A DNA stretch of 64,000 bases from Octopus sinensis (taxonomy: Eukaryota): assembly GCF_006345805.1 (NCBI RefSeq), contig NC_043003.1, positions 13,578,001 to 13,642,000 of the forward strand, in the 5' to 3' direction. The notes beneath the pieces are model-generated. The model was not told the DNA's origin, searched no databases, and saw nothing but the letters and a program-made list of their open reading frames with translations. Position numbers and translations under genes: made by a program. This document shows positions 1 through 12,311 of this stretch, piece by piece (the first letter of the stretch is position 1; each line of letters starts with the position of its first letter).

Positions 1-1004
1 AGTCATGTGGTGCTGAAGCAGTTCCCACCCCCACGCTTCCCTACTCCCCTCTCTCTCCAGGTGTCATATCCTGGATATTGTTAGGTTAGTCACTCAAGGG
101 TGCAGAGCGGTGAGTGGGAGCTGTTAGTGAAAGCATGATATAAATTACCAAATTATCCTCGATTCTGAAGTGCTGGCTGCCGTTCAGTCAAAAAGAAACA
201 AATATTTGATGGCACAAAAGACACATGGGCAAAACTAGATGCACCTAAATTATAGCAACACTTATCCAGGAGAGGGGAAAAAAACAACAACAAGATTTTA
301 GAGCCTTAAATTATATAATATGGGACCAACCCTGCATGGAGGGCCTGGGTGAAATCTAAGCAGTTAAATTTCTTTTCTAGGTGGTGCTATATATATATAT
401 ATATATAAAATGTATTGTTTATTTTTTATGTTTAGTTATAATAAAAACTAATTTTACATTAATCTGATGAGCTACTCCGATACTTTTGTTGAGTACAAAT
501 TCATTGTTCTGAAACTTAACTTCGAAGTCCCTGACAACAAACATTCTTATTATAACATGCACAGAAACAAACTACATCACTTCTATCTTGTTTATATAAA
601 TAACATAAACGACAGATATGCGCATACTTGTGCATATATGTATGATGCAACGCAAACATACAGCTACAGCTGCACAAAAAAAAATTGAAAACTGAAATTA
701 GTAACTGATTTACTGTCAGTAAATTCTATATAACTGTTTAACTTCATGTTTCCAATAATTAATATGCCGATAATGAGAAATAATATGCCACAAACACTTA
801 AAAGTTATTATATACAACTATGCAGTAAAATACATGGTAATGTTCAAAGAAATAGTGATAACACACTAGATTTTTAACAAATTCGGATCAAGTTTTCATA
901 CTGTATAAACAGTGTGTTTCCATGCAATACACTCTAATCCAAATTTGCGAACATGATCAAAGGATTTCTGCCAATATAAACAATCACCATTTTCCAGGTA
1001 TTTT

Positions 1005-1022
1005 ATATACATACATACATAC

Positions 1023-1076
<54 letters not shown>

Positions 1077-1122
1077 GTGTGTGTGTATGTATATAAAATA
1101 CCAGGAAAATATATATATATAT

Positions 1123-1165
<43 letters not shown>

Positions 1166-1184
1166 ATGTATATAAAATACCAGG

Positions 1185-1248
<64 letters not shown>
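1005..1248. repeat. Compound (TA)n/(TG)n/(CA)n microsatellite with repeated AAAATACCAGGAAAA spacer
   Basis: Seen directly; the source of the YI/VC/HT ORFs at 896-1299. Confidence 0.95.
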
Positions 1249-1660
1249 CCTAACAGAGACTGTTTAAAAGGACTTCAAAAGACATTTAAATATATTTAGT
1301 TTATTTATCAAAATAGTTATACTAACATTGTTATAAATAAACAAATTTTGAATAATTTGAAGTTATAATATAAAATTTTCCCTCTGTTAAGTCTGGAAGT
1401 GAAAGAAACTTTTTACAATTTTTAAATAGCTCGGGTTATAAAATCCACTTCAATATTGTTTAGATAATTATTTATATTTTATTACAAATATGATAAAACA
1501 CATTCTTCAATGTTTCTGTTGTCACACGCGCGCGCGCGCACAGTGTAAAACATTTTTCTAGCCAACTGAGTTGTGTCCCTTGGCCTTATTGCTTTCTTAT
1601 CGCAGCACAAACTTGAAGAGATGACAAAATGATGCCAGTTCACATATTTGACCATATATA

Positions 1661-2004
1661 TACTCTTTACTCTTTTACTTGTTTCAGTCATTTGACTGCG
1701 GCCATGCTGGAGCACCGCCTTTAGTCGGGACTTATTCTTTGTAAGCCCAGTACTTATTCTATCGGTCTTTTTTGCCGAACCGCTATGTTACGGGGACGTA
1801 AACACACCAGCATCGGACAAGCACAGACACACACACGCATATATATATACATATATACGACGGGCTTCTTTCAGTTTCCGTCTACCAAATCCACTCACAA
1901 GGCTTTGGTCGGCCCGAGGCTATGGTAGAAGACACTTGCCCGACTGAACCCGGAACCATGTGGTTGGTAAACAAGCTACTTACCACACAGCCACTCCTGC
2001 GCCT
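1661..2004 (-). mobile_element. SINE family 1 (tRNA-derived, CORE-like; resembles octopus OR2-type SINE)
   Basis: On the minus strand the family has a head with A-box-like TGGCTGTGTGG and B-box-like GGTTCAGTCCC, then a CORE-like CCTTGGGCAAGTGTCTT, an internal microsatellite and a (GTAAAAGA)n tail. This copy has internal deletions. More than 30 homologous copies or fragments occur in the window. Confidence 0.85.
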
Positions 2005-2012
2005 TATATATA

Positions 2013-2093
<81 letters not shown>

Positions 2094-2292
2094 TGGTGTA
2101 TGTATCCATATTAAACTGCAAGAGCATTTTTAGTTCATACCAGTTATATTATACGTATGTTCGTAAGTAATACACACACACACAGTGTAGGGTAACGATC
2201 AGGAAAATCAAGAGAAACGTAAAGTACAAGTTTATTTGCGCCAGTCCAGTGACTATGGACGTTATCCGGTTTACCGCCACTTCTTAACATAC

Positions 2293-2329
<37 letters not shown>

Positions 2330-2331
<2 letters not shown>

Positions 2332-2688
2332 CTTGTTTCAGTCATATGACAGCGGCTGTGCAGGGGTACCGCCTCGAAGGAGTTTTTAGTCGAATGAATC
2401 GACCACAAAACTTTTTTTTTTAAGCCTGGTACTTATTCTATCGGTCACTTTTCCCGTACCACTAAGTTATGGAGGACATAAACACACCAACACCGCTTGT
2501 CAAACGGGGGTGGGGAGGACGCAGACACAAGACGGGCTTCTTTCAGTTTCCGTCCATGAAACCCACTCACAAGTCTTAGGTCGGCCCGAAGCTATAGTAC
2601 AAAAACATGCTCACGGTGCCATGCTATGGGACTGAACTTGGAACCATGTGGCTGGGAAGCAAACTTATTACCATATAGTCATGCCTGC
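2330..2688 (-). mobile_element. SINE family 1, diverged copy
   Basis: Colinear similarity to the copy at 36218-36619. Confidence 0.8.
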
Positions 2689-2717
2689 GATTATATCAAA
2701 GCAGACCAGCCACGGGA

Positions 2718-2772
2718 TGTCGAACCCCGGGATTGAACCGGGATCCTTTAGATGCTCAGTGTGACGCTCACC
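2718..2772 (-). pseudogene. 5'-truncated tRNA-Phe-like relic
   Basis: The minus strand reads GGTGAGCGTCACACTGAGCATCTAAAGGATCCCGGTTCAATCCCGGGGTTCGACA, colinear with the 3' three-quarters of eukaryotic tRNA-Phe(GAA). The anticodon arm is mutated and the 5' acceptor strand is absent. Confidence 0.6.
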
Positions 2773-3244
2773 GAATACACACACACAGAATGAGAAGTTT
2801 AATATCTGGGGAAGGTTCTACAGGAATGCAAGGGAAGTTGGGTATAAATTTAGGGTTAAAATAAGGCTTGGGAAATGTCGAACCCAATTCCTCGGGTCCA
2901 TAACACGTACGACCAACAGACGATATTAGTAAAAATTCAGTTGGCACATTTTCTTGTTTAAAAATCATTACATATAAATTAAAGAATACGTGTATATAGA
3001 TGTCTGTGCGTGGTAACCATACACTTGTTTAAAACTGAGCCAAGGTGCCATCGATTATTGATCGATTAAGCCCACACCCGTAGTTGAGAATCGGTGGCTC
3101 CAGACACAAGAACCACTACCCCTCATCATGTGCTGCGCTCCTGTGGTAAGCCGTACCCTTCGACAGCCCCATCAGTTATACAAAAACGTTAACATTATAA
3201 TACAATTTTAGATATCAAAAAAAAACAAATTTCAGAACATGTAC

Positions 3245-3508
3245 AACATAGCTACGTGGTTAAGGAACTCGCCTTGCAACCACATGTTTTGCGGTTCAGT
3301 CCTACTAGAGGGCACTTTGAATGAATGTCTACGAAATCCTTGGCCCAACCAATACGTTGTAATTGAATAATTTAATGCAGACACGCACACACGTGTACAT
3401 GTTTTTGTGGTTGTGCCCCTTTCTCGCCGCATGACAATCAGTGTAGTTTTGTTTACGTCGCTGTAACTTAGCGGTTTGCCAAAGGAAACCGATATAATAA
3501 GTACCACA
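3245..3508 (+). mobile_element. SINE family 1, diverged partial copy
   Basis: Head GGTTCAGTCC plus the 3'-half motif CTGTAACTTAGCGGTTTGCCAAAG. Confidence 0.7.
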
Positions 3509-3873
3509 CTTAGTCTCTTAGCCTTCGCTGTTGGGTTTTATCAGGTATGCTAGATAGATCCAACAATGACATATAATCTAGTATTGAAATTGTGATAAAA
3601 GGAACGAAAACAAAATGTATTTCAAGCTATTTCATTTCAATAATTTTACAAGTTACTCTGAAATTCTCGTTAATTCCAGAAATCAAAAAAGAACTTTTGT
3701 AATTTTAAAAAGACTGGAATAATAACTAATGAATGCCTTCCTAACTGTTGTTTGTTGTTGATGGTGGTGTTTATTTAGCCAGGGGTGGATAAAACTACAT
3801 TATGTAGCCTTTTTAGTCTATTTCTGTTGTGTTTTTTAAACCAAGAAATTTGGCTGTTATTTCCAGCAATTAG

Positions 3874-3975
3874 AGTATACTCTTCGTTCGAGGAAGGGGA
3901 CAGAAACACCTCTATGACGAGATGCAGACACAAACTATTGCAGCACCCGAAGGCAGTGATGAACAATTTATAAAA
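3874..3975 (+). CDS. Candidate 102-nt exon (SILFVRGRGQKHLYDEMQTQTIAAPEGSDEQFIK)
   Basis: AG acceptor, open phase-0 frame and locally higher GC. The donor (AAA/gtatcg) is weak and I recognise no family. Confidence 0.15.
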
Positions 3976-4033
3976 GTATCGGCAGCTTTTATAAGTTGGG
4001 TTTAAATAAGATACTTTAGAAGAAAGAAAGGTG

Positions 4034-4146
4034 GACAGATAGACAGACAGACAGATGATAGATAGACAGAGATAGATAGATGATAGATAGACAGACAGAC
4101 AGATAGATAGACAGACAGATGATAGATGATGGACAGATAGACAGAG

Positions 4147-4190
<44 letters not shown>

Positions 4191-4354
4191 GACAGATGAT
4201 AGATAGATGATAGATAGATAGACAGACAGATAGATAGATAGATAGACAGATAGGTGATAGATAGATGATAGACAGATAGGTGATAGATAGATGATAGACA
4301 GAGAGATAGATAGATAGACAGACAGATAGATAGATAGGTGATAGATAGATAGAT
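4034..4354. repeat. (GATA)n/(GACA)n tetranucleotide array
   Basis: Seen directly. Confidence 0.97.
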
Positions 4355-4405
4355 AAAAAAAATTCACTGAAAATGTCGAAGCTATCCTCTCTGTTAATAT
4401 TCCAG

Positions 4406-4468
4406 GCAAAGATGTAAGGAAAAAGAATTGAATGGGAAATAGTGAAATATGATGCCGACGACAAAATG
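4406..4468 (+). other. Candidate exon ending in ATG (5' UTR plus start codon)
   Basis: ctctctgttaatattccag acceptor and CAAAATG/gtgagt donor. All three frames from the acceptor contain a stop. Confidence 0.2.
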
Positions 4469-5336
4469 GTGAGTTGTAGCGCTAGATCCTTCAGTTTATT
4501 TTCTACAGGATAATCCTCGTCCCCAATCTATTACCATTTACTTGTTTCAGTCATCAGACTGTGGCCGTGCTGGGGTACTGCCCTGAAGGGTTTAGTCGAA
4601 CAAAATCGACCGCAGTACTTACTTATTCCATCGGTTCATTTTGGTGAACCGCTAAGTTATGGAGATGTAAACAGACCAACGCAAAGAACCACACAAATTT
4701 ATACAAACAAATGAGTTTGCACACACACACAATCTGTGCGCGCCGATGTAAGTATGTAAACATTCAAAAACAAAAAACAGTTTTTGTGCCTAGTTACAAA
4801 AATCAATATTATTCAAAAAGATTTGTATTAAGCTGTGCAAAAGTGACCTACATCTATTTTAACTAAACGAGTGCATCTATCTATCTTATCTATCTATCTT
4901 ATCTAATCTATCTATCTAAGTTTCGTTTGTTTGCTGTCGCTTCAAGCAATGAATAAAGGAAGCAACATGCTTAGCAGTGACAGCCAAAGACACGAAATTC
5001 GGAGAAGGAATGCAGATAATTTAATCAAGGCCGCACTTGAGATTATTATATTCCTAGTAGGGTTCGAACCCAGAACGTAAAGGGACATAACTGGGTATCT
5101 GTTTCGTGCAAGATTTAATCAGCCACTATGGAGTGAGGGAAAAGGCTTTTATTTTCTAACAGAAACCGATGAAAAACTGGATTTATTTATCTATTAATTA
5201 GATAGTTGATTAATTAATTATTATTAATAATATCATCAGGCCCTATTTAGGCGCTGAGGTCGCCCTGTATCATGAGGAATATCATTTGTGTGTTCACATA
5301 CTTTGTGTACTGTGAACATATAGTTTTATCTCATTT

Positions 5337-5753
5337 TACTGCCTGGTCTCTTTCTTTCCCCTTGTCTTTTAGGTAACCCCTTTCCACATAAATAGTAGAC
5401 TGTTCTTGTGATGTACTCCCTAGTCCGTGCTCCTGTGGCAAATAAAAGATATCATTATCTTCCTGCCTTTCTTTTTACTGCCTGGTCTCTTTCTTTCCTC
5501 TTGTCTTTTAGGTAACCCCTTTCCACATAAATAGTAGACTGTTCTTGTGATGTACTCCCTAGTCCGTGCCCCTGTGGCAAATAAAAGATATCATTATCTT
5601 CCTGCCTTTCTTTTTACTGCCTGGTCTCTTTCTTTCCTCTTGTCTTTTAGGTAACCCCTTTCCACATAAATAGTAGACTGTTCTTGTGATGTACTCCCTA
5701 GTCCGTGCCCCTGTGGCAAATAAAAGAAATCATTATCCTCCTTCCTGCCTTTC
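5337..5753. repeat. Tandem repeat, 3 x 139 bp
   Basis: Units start TACTGCCTGGTCTC at 5337, 5476 and 5615 and are nearly identical. Confidence 0.97.
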
Positions 5754-6160
5754 CTTCTTTTCTTGTCCCTACGTTCAGAAGCATTGCTATAGCATATTTG
5801 TCGGACATTTAAAAGAAAAAGAAGATTGTCATGTGAAGAAGGAAAGAAGAAGAGGAAAGAGAATATTTCTGAGCGAATGAAAAATGTTAAAAAAAAAAAA
5901 AAGGGAAGAAAGAAAATATAAAAAAAAATAAATAAAGACATTAGCTGGGGAAAACACTAATGGAAGCAGTAAGCTAGATTTGTTTAGCAGACCATGGAAA
6001 AGGTAGAACATTCACAGCTGAGCTAATCTTATAATGCATGGAAATCGTAAAGATGTTTTTAGTAAACTTGCGAGATGTCCACCAGCATCTTAATAATTTC
6101 GTCGTGAGTGGTTGTCAGTGAATAAATAAATAAATTTAATAAATCAACGTTTGGATGGAA

Positions 6161-6403
6161 CATATATATATACACACACACATATATATATATACACATA
6201 TATATATACACACATATATATACACATATATATATATACACACATATATATATATACACATATATATATATACACATATATATATATACACACACATATA
6301 TATATATACACATATATATATACACATATATATATACACACACATATATATATATACACACACACATATATATACACACACATATATATACACACACACA
6401 CAC

Positions 6404-6436
<33 letters not shown>

Positions 6437-6450
6437 TACATATATATATA
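6161..6450. repeat. (CA)/(TA) compound minisatellite
   Basis: Seen directly; explains the ORFs at 6059-6492. Confidence 0.97.
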
Positions 6451-6499
6451 ATGTTTAATGTTTTAAATAAGTACTATTATTGGTTTTTTTAGTCTGGCA

Positions 6500-7160
6500 A
6501 TGATCAAACTTGTGTGGAGATGTTTAAAGAATTAGGGAATTAAGAAGGAAGGAAATTGAAGGCAGGTATTTCAGTGCCCGAAAATACGATAGTAAATATT
6601 TATTACGGTGAATGAGGGATGAGGTGGAATTATGAAAAGAATTAAAACAATGATAGATAAATACAAAAACAAGTAGATTTTCAAGAATTTGAATTTGAAA
6701 ACGAGCACCATATTCTTAGAGGCAAGCGTAAGGAAAATAATAACAACGGCGCATGCTAACCTACAAAGTGGAAGACAATTTAAAAAAAAAGAAAGTTTAT
6801 TTCTTGATATGCTTTGAGAGAGAGAGAGTCTCCATGATGGAATGTTAGAGATAAAAACCTTTAACAGGGGCCACACAATGAAAGATAAGAAAACTTAAAA
6901 GGAAAAGCAGAAGGTGGTGGAGGGTGAGGCTTTTAGAGAGTAGAGACGGAAGGGGAGCAAGATGTAGGGAGGAAAGAAAGGAAAAACTATTAGTGATCAG
7001 TGACAGGAATTGGGAGAAATTTTGTCTTGAAGCCTGTTTGACCCCAAAACCAAAGCAGGAGGCTATAAATAGAAGCTATCTAGAGTGTAGTGGAGGAGAG
7101 CAGGAAGTGATTCAGCACATCCACATATACGTTCACAATAGAACTAGCAAAATAAGGGGC
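6500..7160 (-). mobile_element. Heavily decayed LINE 3' region (CR1/L2/Jockey-like), tentative
   Basis: The minus strand gives YCERICGCA (7114-7140), resembling the EYCSHIWGGA motif after the RT domain. Near 6520-6580 it resembles the LWNSLP...FK terminus. Stops and frameshifts are present. Confidence 0.3.
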
Positions 7161-7162
7161 AG

Positions 7163-7475
7163 TGAGCAGAGAAATGCGTGCAAGAGGGAGGTGGAGTAAA
7201 GAAGGATAAATAGAGAGAGAGAGAGAGAAATAGTAAAACTAGAGAGAGAGAGAGTGAGCAGAGAAATGCGTGCAAGAGGGAGGTGGAGTAAAGAAGGATA
7301 GAGAAATAGTAAAACTAAATAGAGAGAGAGAGAGAAATAGTAAAACTAAATAGAGAGAGAGAGAAATAGTAAAAGTAAATAGAGAGAGAGAGAAATAGTA
7401 AAACTAAATAGGGAGAGAGAGAGAGAGAAATAGTAAAAGTAAATAGAGAGAGAGAAATAGTAAAAGTAAATAGAG
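7163..7475. repeat. GA-rich tandem repeats
   Basis: Two copies of GAGCAGAGAAATGCGTGCAAGAGGGAGGTGGAGTAAAGAAGGATA and several (GA)nAAATAGTAAAACTAAATA units. Confidence 0.9.
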
Positions 7476-8148
7476 GGGAATGGTATTGGTAAGAGTTAAG
7501 CTGGAGATTAAAAATGGGAATAGTGGGAGTGCAAAAAGCTGTGGGGGTAGGAGGTGCGGTGACGATGAAAATGGCTAGAGACATGTGATTGTGATATTGA
7601 TGCTAGAAGACAGTACAAAGTGTGTAGCACAGCAGCAGCAGTGAGAGAGGAAAATTGAGAGGAGGTAGGAGTGAAAGTTAATAGAAAGATCTATACAGTG
7701 TGAACAGACATGTATTTTACAATGTAGACAGATAGATGAGGATTTTTCTTCCTTTTTTTTTCTTTTTTTTTTTAAGTGGAGCCAGAGAAGAAAGCCAAGA
7801 GAAATATGAACAATGGAAATTGGCTATGAGGATATGTGGTTTCGGTTCGCAAACGAAAATAGTGCGGATTCGAACCCACTGTATAGAGCATGCCTTCTTT
7901 CCTAAGTCTATGGAGTAAAATTAAACAGATGGGAACTATGAGAGAGGGAGAGAGGTAGATAGAGAAAGCTCAGTAGGATGTTGTCGTCGCCTGACAACCG
8001 CCCCTGGTTTTACGTCTGTTTTCCTAAGCCGGCAAGGGTTCGATGCGTTTTTCTAGGGTGTATTTTACAACAAGATGTCCTTCTGTCACCGACCCTTTCA
8101 GTCATCTATTACACCACAAAGGGACACGGTGTGCCTACTTTAAAATCG

Positions 8149-8184
<36 letters not shown>

Positions 8185-8190
<6 letters not shown>

Positions 8191-8386
8191 TCTCTTTTAC
8201 TCCTTTACTTGTTTTAGTCATGTGACTACGGCCATGCTGGAGCACCGCCTTTAGTCGAGCAAATCGACCCCAGGACTTATTCTTTCTAAGCCTAGTACTT
8301 ATTCTATCAGCCTCTTTTGTAGAACCGCTAAGTTACGGGGACGTAAACACACCAGCATCGGTTGTCAAACGATGTGGGGGGAACAA

Positions 8387-8434
<48 letters not shown>

Positions 8435-8452
8435 TCACACACACACACACAC

Positions 8453-8500
<48 letters not shown>

Positions 8501-8728
8501 CACACACGAGTGAGTACACAAACGAAAGAAGGGCATTCAACACATTTATTGGGAGTTACATACATGTGTGTGTGTGTGGTAGGTGCAGGCATGGCCGAAT
8601 GGTTAAGAAGTTTACTTCTCAACTATATGACTTTGGGTTCTGTCCACTGTGTGACACTGAGCAAATATCTTCTGCTGACCAGAGCTGGTGAGTTGATTTG
8701 ATAGATTGAAACTGAAAAGGGCCTGTCG

Positions 8729-8730
<2 letters not shown>
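8185..8730. mobile_element. Two SINE family 1 halves in opposite orientation around a microsatellite
   Basis: A minus-strand 3' half at 8185-8392, (CA/TA)n, then a plus-strand 5' half at 8578-8730. Confidence 0.75.
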
Positions 8731-8796
<66 letters not shown>

Positions 8797-8942
8797 ATAT
8801 ATATATATACACACCACACACACACGTGTGTGTTCTTATCTTGACATCAAGCGATATATGCAAATGAGGGTCACTGTCAAATAGGTGTCCTTTATTACCA
8901 GTCTATCATGAAACATGATTATCCATAGGGGCATAGTTTCTT

Positions 8943-9161
8943 ATTTCTTTACTGCCCACAAGGGGCCACACACGGAGGGGACAAACGGATTAAGTCGATT
9001 ATATCGACTCCAGCGCGTACCTAGTACTTAATTTATCGACCTCGAAAGGATGAAAGGCAAAGTCGACCTCGGTAGAATTTGAACTCAGAACGTAGCGGCA
9101 GGCGAAATACCTCTAAGCATTTCGCCCGGTGTGCTAACGATTCTGCCAGCTCGCTGCCTTA
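8943..9161 (-). mobile_element. SINE family 2 (tRNA-derived, Meta-domain-like)
   Basis: Family head GGCGGCGAGCTGGCAGAA...GAGTTCAAATTC and core GTCGACTTTGCCTTTCATCCTTTCGGGGTCGAT, both diverged here. Flanked by an 18-bp direct repeat with 1 mismatch. Confidence 0.85.
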
Positions 9162-9689
9162 ATAGGGCCATAGTTTCTTGTAAGGAAACAGGAGATTGTT
9201 GACAAGAAGGGCATCCGGCCACAGAAAATTCAGTTTCAATAAATTCCGTCTGATCCATGAAAGTAAGCATGGAGAAGTGAGCATTAAAATGATATATCAG
9301 TTTGTATGTGTGTATTTATTATGCATACACATAAATATACACTAGGAAATGAGCACACACACATACAAAGCATGACAGACAAATATACATGTATATATAT
9401 AATGTGTGTATCATTTAAGGTCCATGTTCCTTGCAAACTTAGTGCTTGCAAAAATACTTTAGACTTTAAAAAAAAAATATTTTGTTACGCCTTATTTTTA
9501 TATATCTTTACTCCTACTTGGATTTATCTTTCATTTGAGATCCAATAAAATAAATACCAGTCGATATAATCAACACAAATCAGGAGAAACCTTTGAGAGA
9601 CAGAATTTAAGCATGGCTGTTGTCTAATGAGTGAAACAAGTATAAAAAGTTGAAATAAATAAATTAAAAACATAATCAAGAATTTAGGA

Positions 9690-9915
9690 TTTAAACCCTC
9701 TTTGCATTCGGATTACTCTGTCAAACGTAATGCTTGTTGATCCACATCGTTTTGAATTAACCATGCATTGCTTCATAATTTTGATACTTCAATGATGTGA
9801 TTGTATATTTTTAGAATGACATCAATGTGCAGGTGTGAGAGGTTGGATCTCACTGGTTTGAGCATAAAACAGAATATTTGGGCCGGATACAGCCAGTTCA
9901 AATGCTAAAAGGATT
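9690..9915. mobile_element. piggyBac-like MITE family A, diverged
   Basis: Homologous to 15305-15537 and 50850-51209, with degenerate CCCTTTAGCAT/ATGCTAAAGGG ends. Confidence 0.65.
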
Positions 9916-10221
9916 AGCATGAAGTTGAACGAGCTTGATAATGGTTATGATTTCGGTAGAAACTGTTAAAATTCCTAAAATCAAATTAAATGCAGGTAAG
10001 GCTGAGTAATTAAGAAGCTCATTTCACTCAGATCTTGTGGCTTCTAGGGCGTTTTTTAAAAGTATAGGTTTGGGACAGACCTTAAGCTCATTTTACATGA
10101 GATCTTGTGGCTTTTAGGGCACTTTTTTTTAAATATAGCTTTGGGACTGGTTTGAGCTTAGTGAGTTAAACTGGGTAGACAAAACCTCAGCAGAAACCCA
10201 TCAGGCTGGATAACACCTATA

Positions 10222-10423
10222 TATTTCTTTACTACTCACAAGGGGCTAAACACAGAGGAGACAGTTGATTGCATCGACCCCAGTGCTTAATTTATCGACT
10301 CCGAAAGGATGAAAGGCAAAGCCGACCTCGGCGGAATTTGAACTCGGAACGTAACGACAGACGAAATACGGCTACGCATTTCGCCCGGCGTGCTAACGTT
10401 TCTGCCAGCTCGCCGCCTTCCTT
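10222..10423 (-). mobile_element. SINE family 2
   Basis: Family 2 head and core, flanked by a 12-bp ATAACACCTATA duplication. Confidence 0.85.
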
Positions 10424-11054
10424 ATAACACCTATAATTTAAATTGAAGGTCCAGCATTGTGTCCTACTGATATGACTTGAGAATTAAGATAAGGGTACCA
10501 CACATGTCTGTTGAAGTAAGAGGGCGAGTAGTAATTCCACAAATAGGTAAGCTCAGGTGATCAAACATCTCAATGTTTGTCAATGATAGATGAAAGCAAC
10601 GCTGAATTTACCATCACAAGTCAGATAGTAAACATTTACATAATGAATGTATTTATAATGGCTACTAATGTCTCTGAAATACTCTGCAAACCAACATCAC
10701 ATATATTTTAATAAGTTGGTTATTATAAAGCTTCTGACATTAAAAAAATGAAAACCACTTAGGAGTTGTTGATACTGTATTTCTGTTAAAACATGCTTTT
10801 GTTTTAAATTAATTTTGAAAATAAAGAATTTAGTAAAAACAATTTTGTTATCATTATAACTTTGGGGTTTGCAACAAGAATTAACATTAAAAATTTTGAA
10901 GGAAGTTTTTAATTTAGATTTACTTTAAAAATATTGAATTTGTGTTACAGAACCAGTTCAGAATATCAGATTTTACTTGATTCAACATTGCTAATTAAAA
11001 GATATTTCTCTTGCATGTATTTTCATTTAAACACCCAGGGATTTTTTTTTTATA

Positions 11055-11248
11055 ACTCTTTACTCTTTTACTTGTTTCAGTCATTTGACTGCGGCCATGC
11101 TGGAGCACCGCCTTTAATCGAGCAACTCGACCCAGGGACTTATTCTTTTGTAAGTCTCTTTTGCCGAACCGCTAAGTAATGGGGACATAAACACACCAGC
11201 ATCGGTTGTCAAGCAATGCTAGGGGGACAAACACAGACACACACATGC

Positions 11249-11309
<61 letters not shown>

Positions 11310-11470
11310 GACGGGCTTCTTTCAGTTTCCGCCTACTAAATCCACTCACAAGGTTTTGGTCGGCCCGAGGCTATAGTAGAAGACACTTGCCCAAGGTGCC
11401 ACGCAGTGGGACTGAACCCGGAACCGTGTGGTTGGTAAACAAGCTACTTACCACACAGCCACTGCTGCAC
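11055..11470 (-). mobile_element. SINE family 1, near full length
   Basis: Tail, body, internal (TA)n and head are all present. Confidence 0.9.
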
Positions 11471-11509
11471 CTTTTTGTCATGATACTCCCATTCAAATAT
11501 ATGTCTTCT

Positions 11510-11712
11510 AAGGCAGCGAGGTGGCAGAAATGTTAGCACACCGGGCAAAATGTTTAGCAGTATTTCGTCTGTCTTTACGTTCTGAGTTCAAATTCCGCAA
11601 AGGTCGACTCTGCCTTTCATCCTTTCGGGGTCGATACATTAAGTACCAGTTGTGTACTGGAGTCAATCTAATCAACTGGTCCCCCTCCCCGAAAATTTTG
11701 GACCTTGTGCTT
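11510..11712 (+). mobile_element. SINE family 2
   Basis: AAGGCAGCGAGGTGGCAGAA head and GTCGACTCTGCCTTTCATCC core. Confidence 0.8.
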
Positions 11713-11878
11713 AAACTATAAAAAAAAAAAAACCCAGCTTTCTTTAATTTTGAAAATGAAAAATTTAGTAAAATAAGGTATTTGTTTTGCAAGATTCTCG
11801 ATGTGAAATTGTGTTTAAGCAGATATTGTTATATATGGAGGTGGTTGTATTTTGTCAATTAAATACATGCACTATATA

Positions 11879-11921
<43 letters not shown>

Positions 11922-12034
11922 CTGAAGAGAAGACCAAATATATAGGTTATGTTTAATGGGCAAAATATGACCATCCCCAAATATAAAGGGTAAAGACCTC
12001 CTTCGGTAATGAATGACCATAAGATTGCACCTAG

Positions 12035-12297
12035 GAAGTTCCCCTCCGAGGCACAAGTCTGGGTATGGTTGTTTATGGAAGACCAGCAATCGCCCATGCA
12101 TATCAGCCTTTCCTCTCCATGCCACTGATGTTATCCAAGGGAAAGGCAAAGTGACGTTGCAACTCATTTCTACAGCTGAGTGAACTGGAGCAACCTGAAA
12201 TAGTGTCTTGCTCAAGAACACAACACACAGCCCGGTGTGGGAATTGAACTCACTACCTCGTGATTGTGAGCCCGATCCTCTAACCACTGAGCCATGC
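12035..12297 (-). mobile_element. SINE family 3 (tRNA-derived, CTTGAGCAAGACAC CORE-like)
   Basis: A- and B-box-like head on the minus strand. Homologs at 27440-27770 (+), 37040-37190 (-), 38285-38402 (-), 43155-43272 (+), 47075-47200 (-) and 53815-54140 (-). Confidence 0.8.
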
Positions 12298-12311
12298 ACC
12301 CCGAATATAAC

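Noticed and set aside
61-109. Acceptor ctctctctccag with donors at 84 or 109
   Set aside because: Two alternative readings are possible and there is no upstream context at the window edge.
455-540. CTGATGAG followed by a TACTC/GAGTA stem
   Set aside because: There is no correctly placed GAAA, stem III or stem I.
7870-7885. B-box-like GGGTTCGAATCC on the minus strand
   Set aside because: There is no cloverleaf or A box; not a tRNA.
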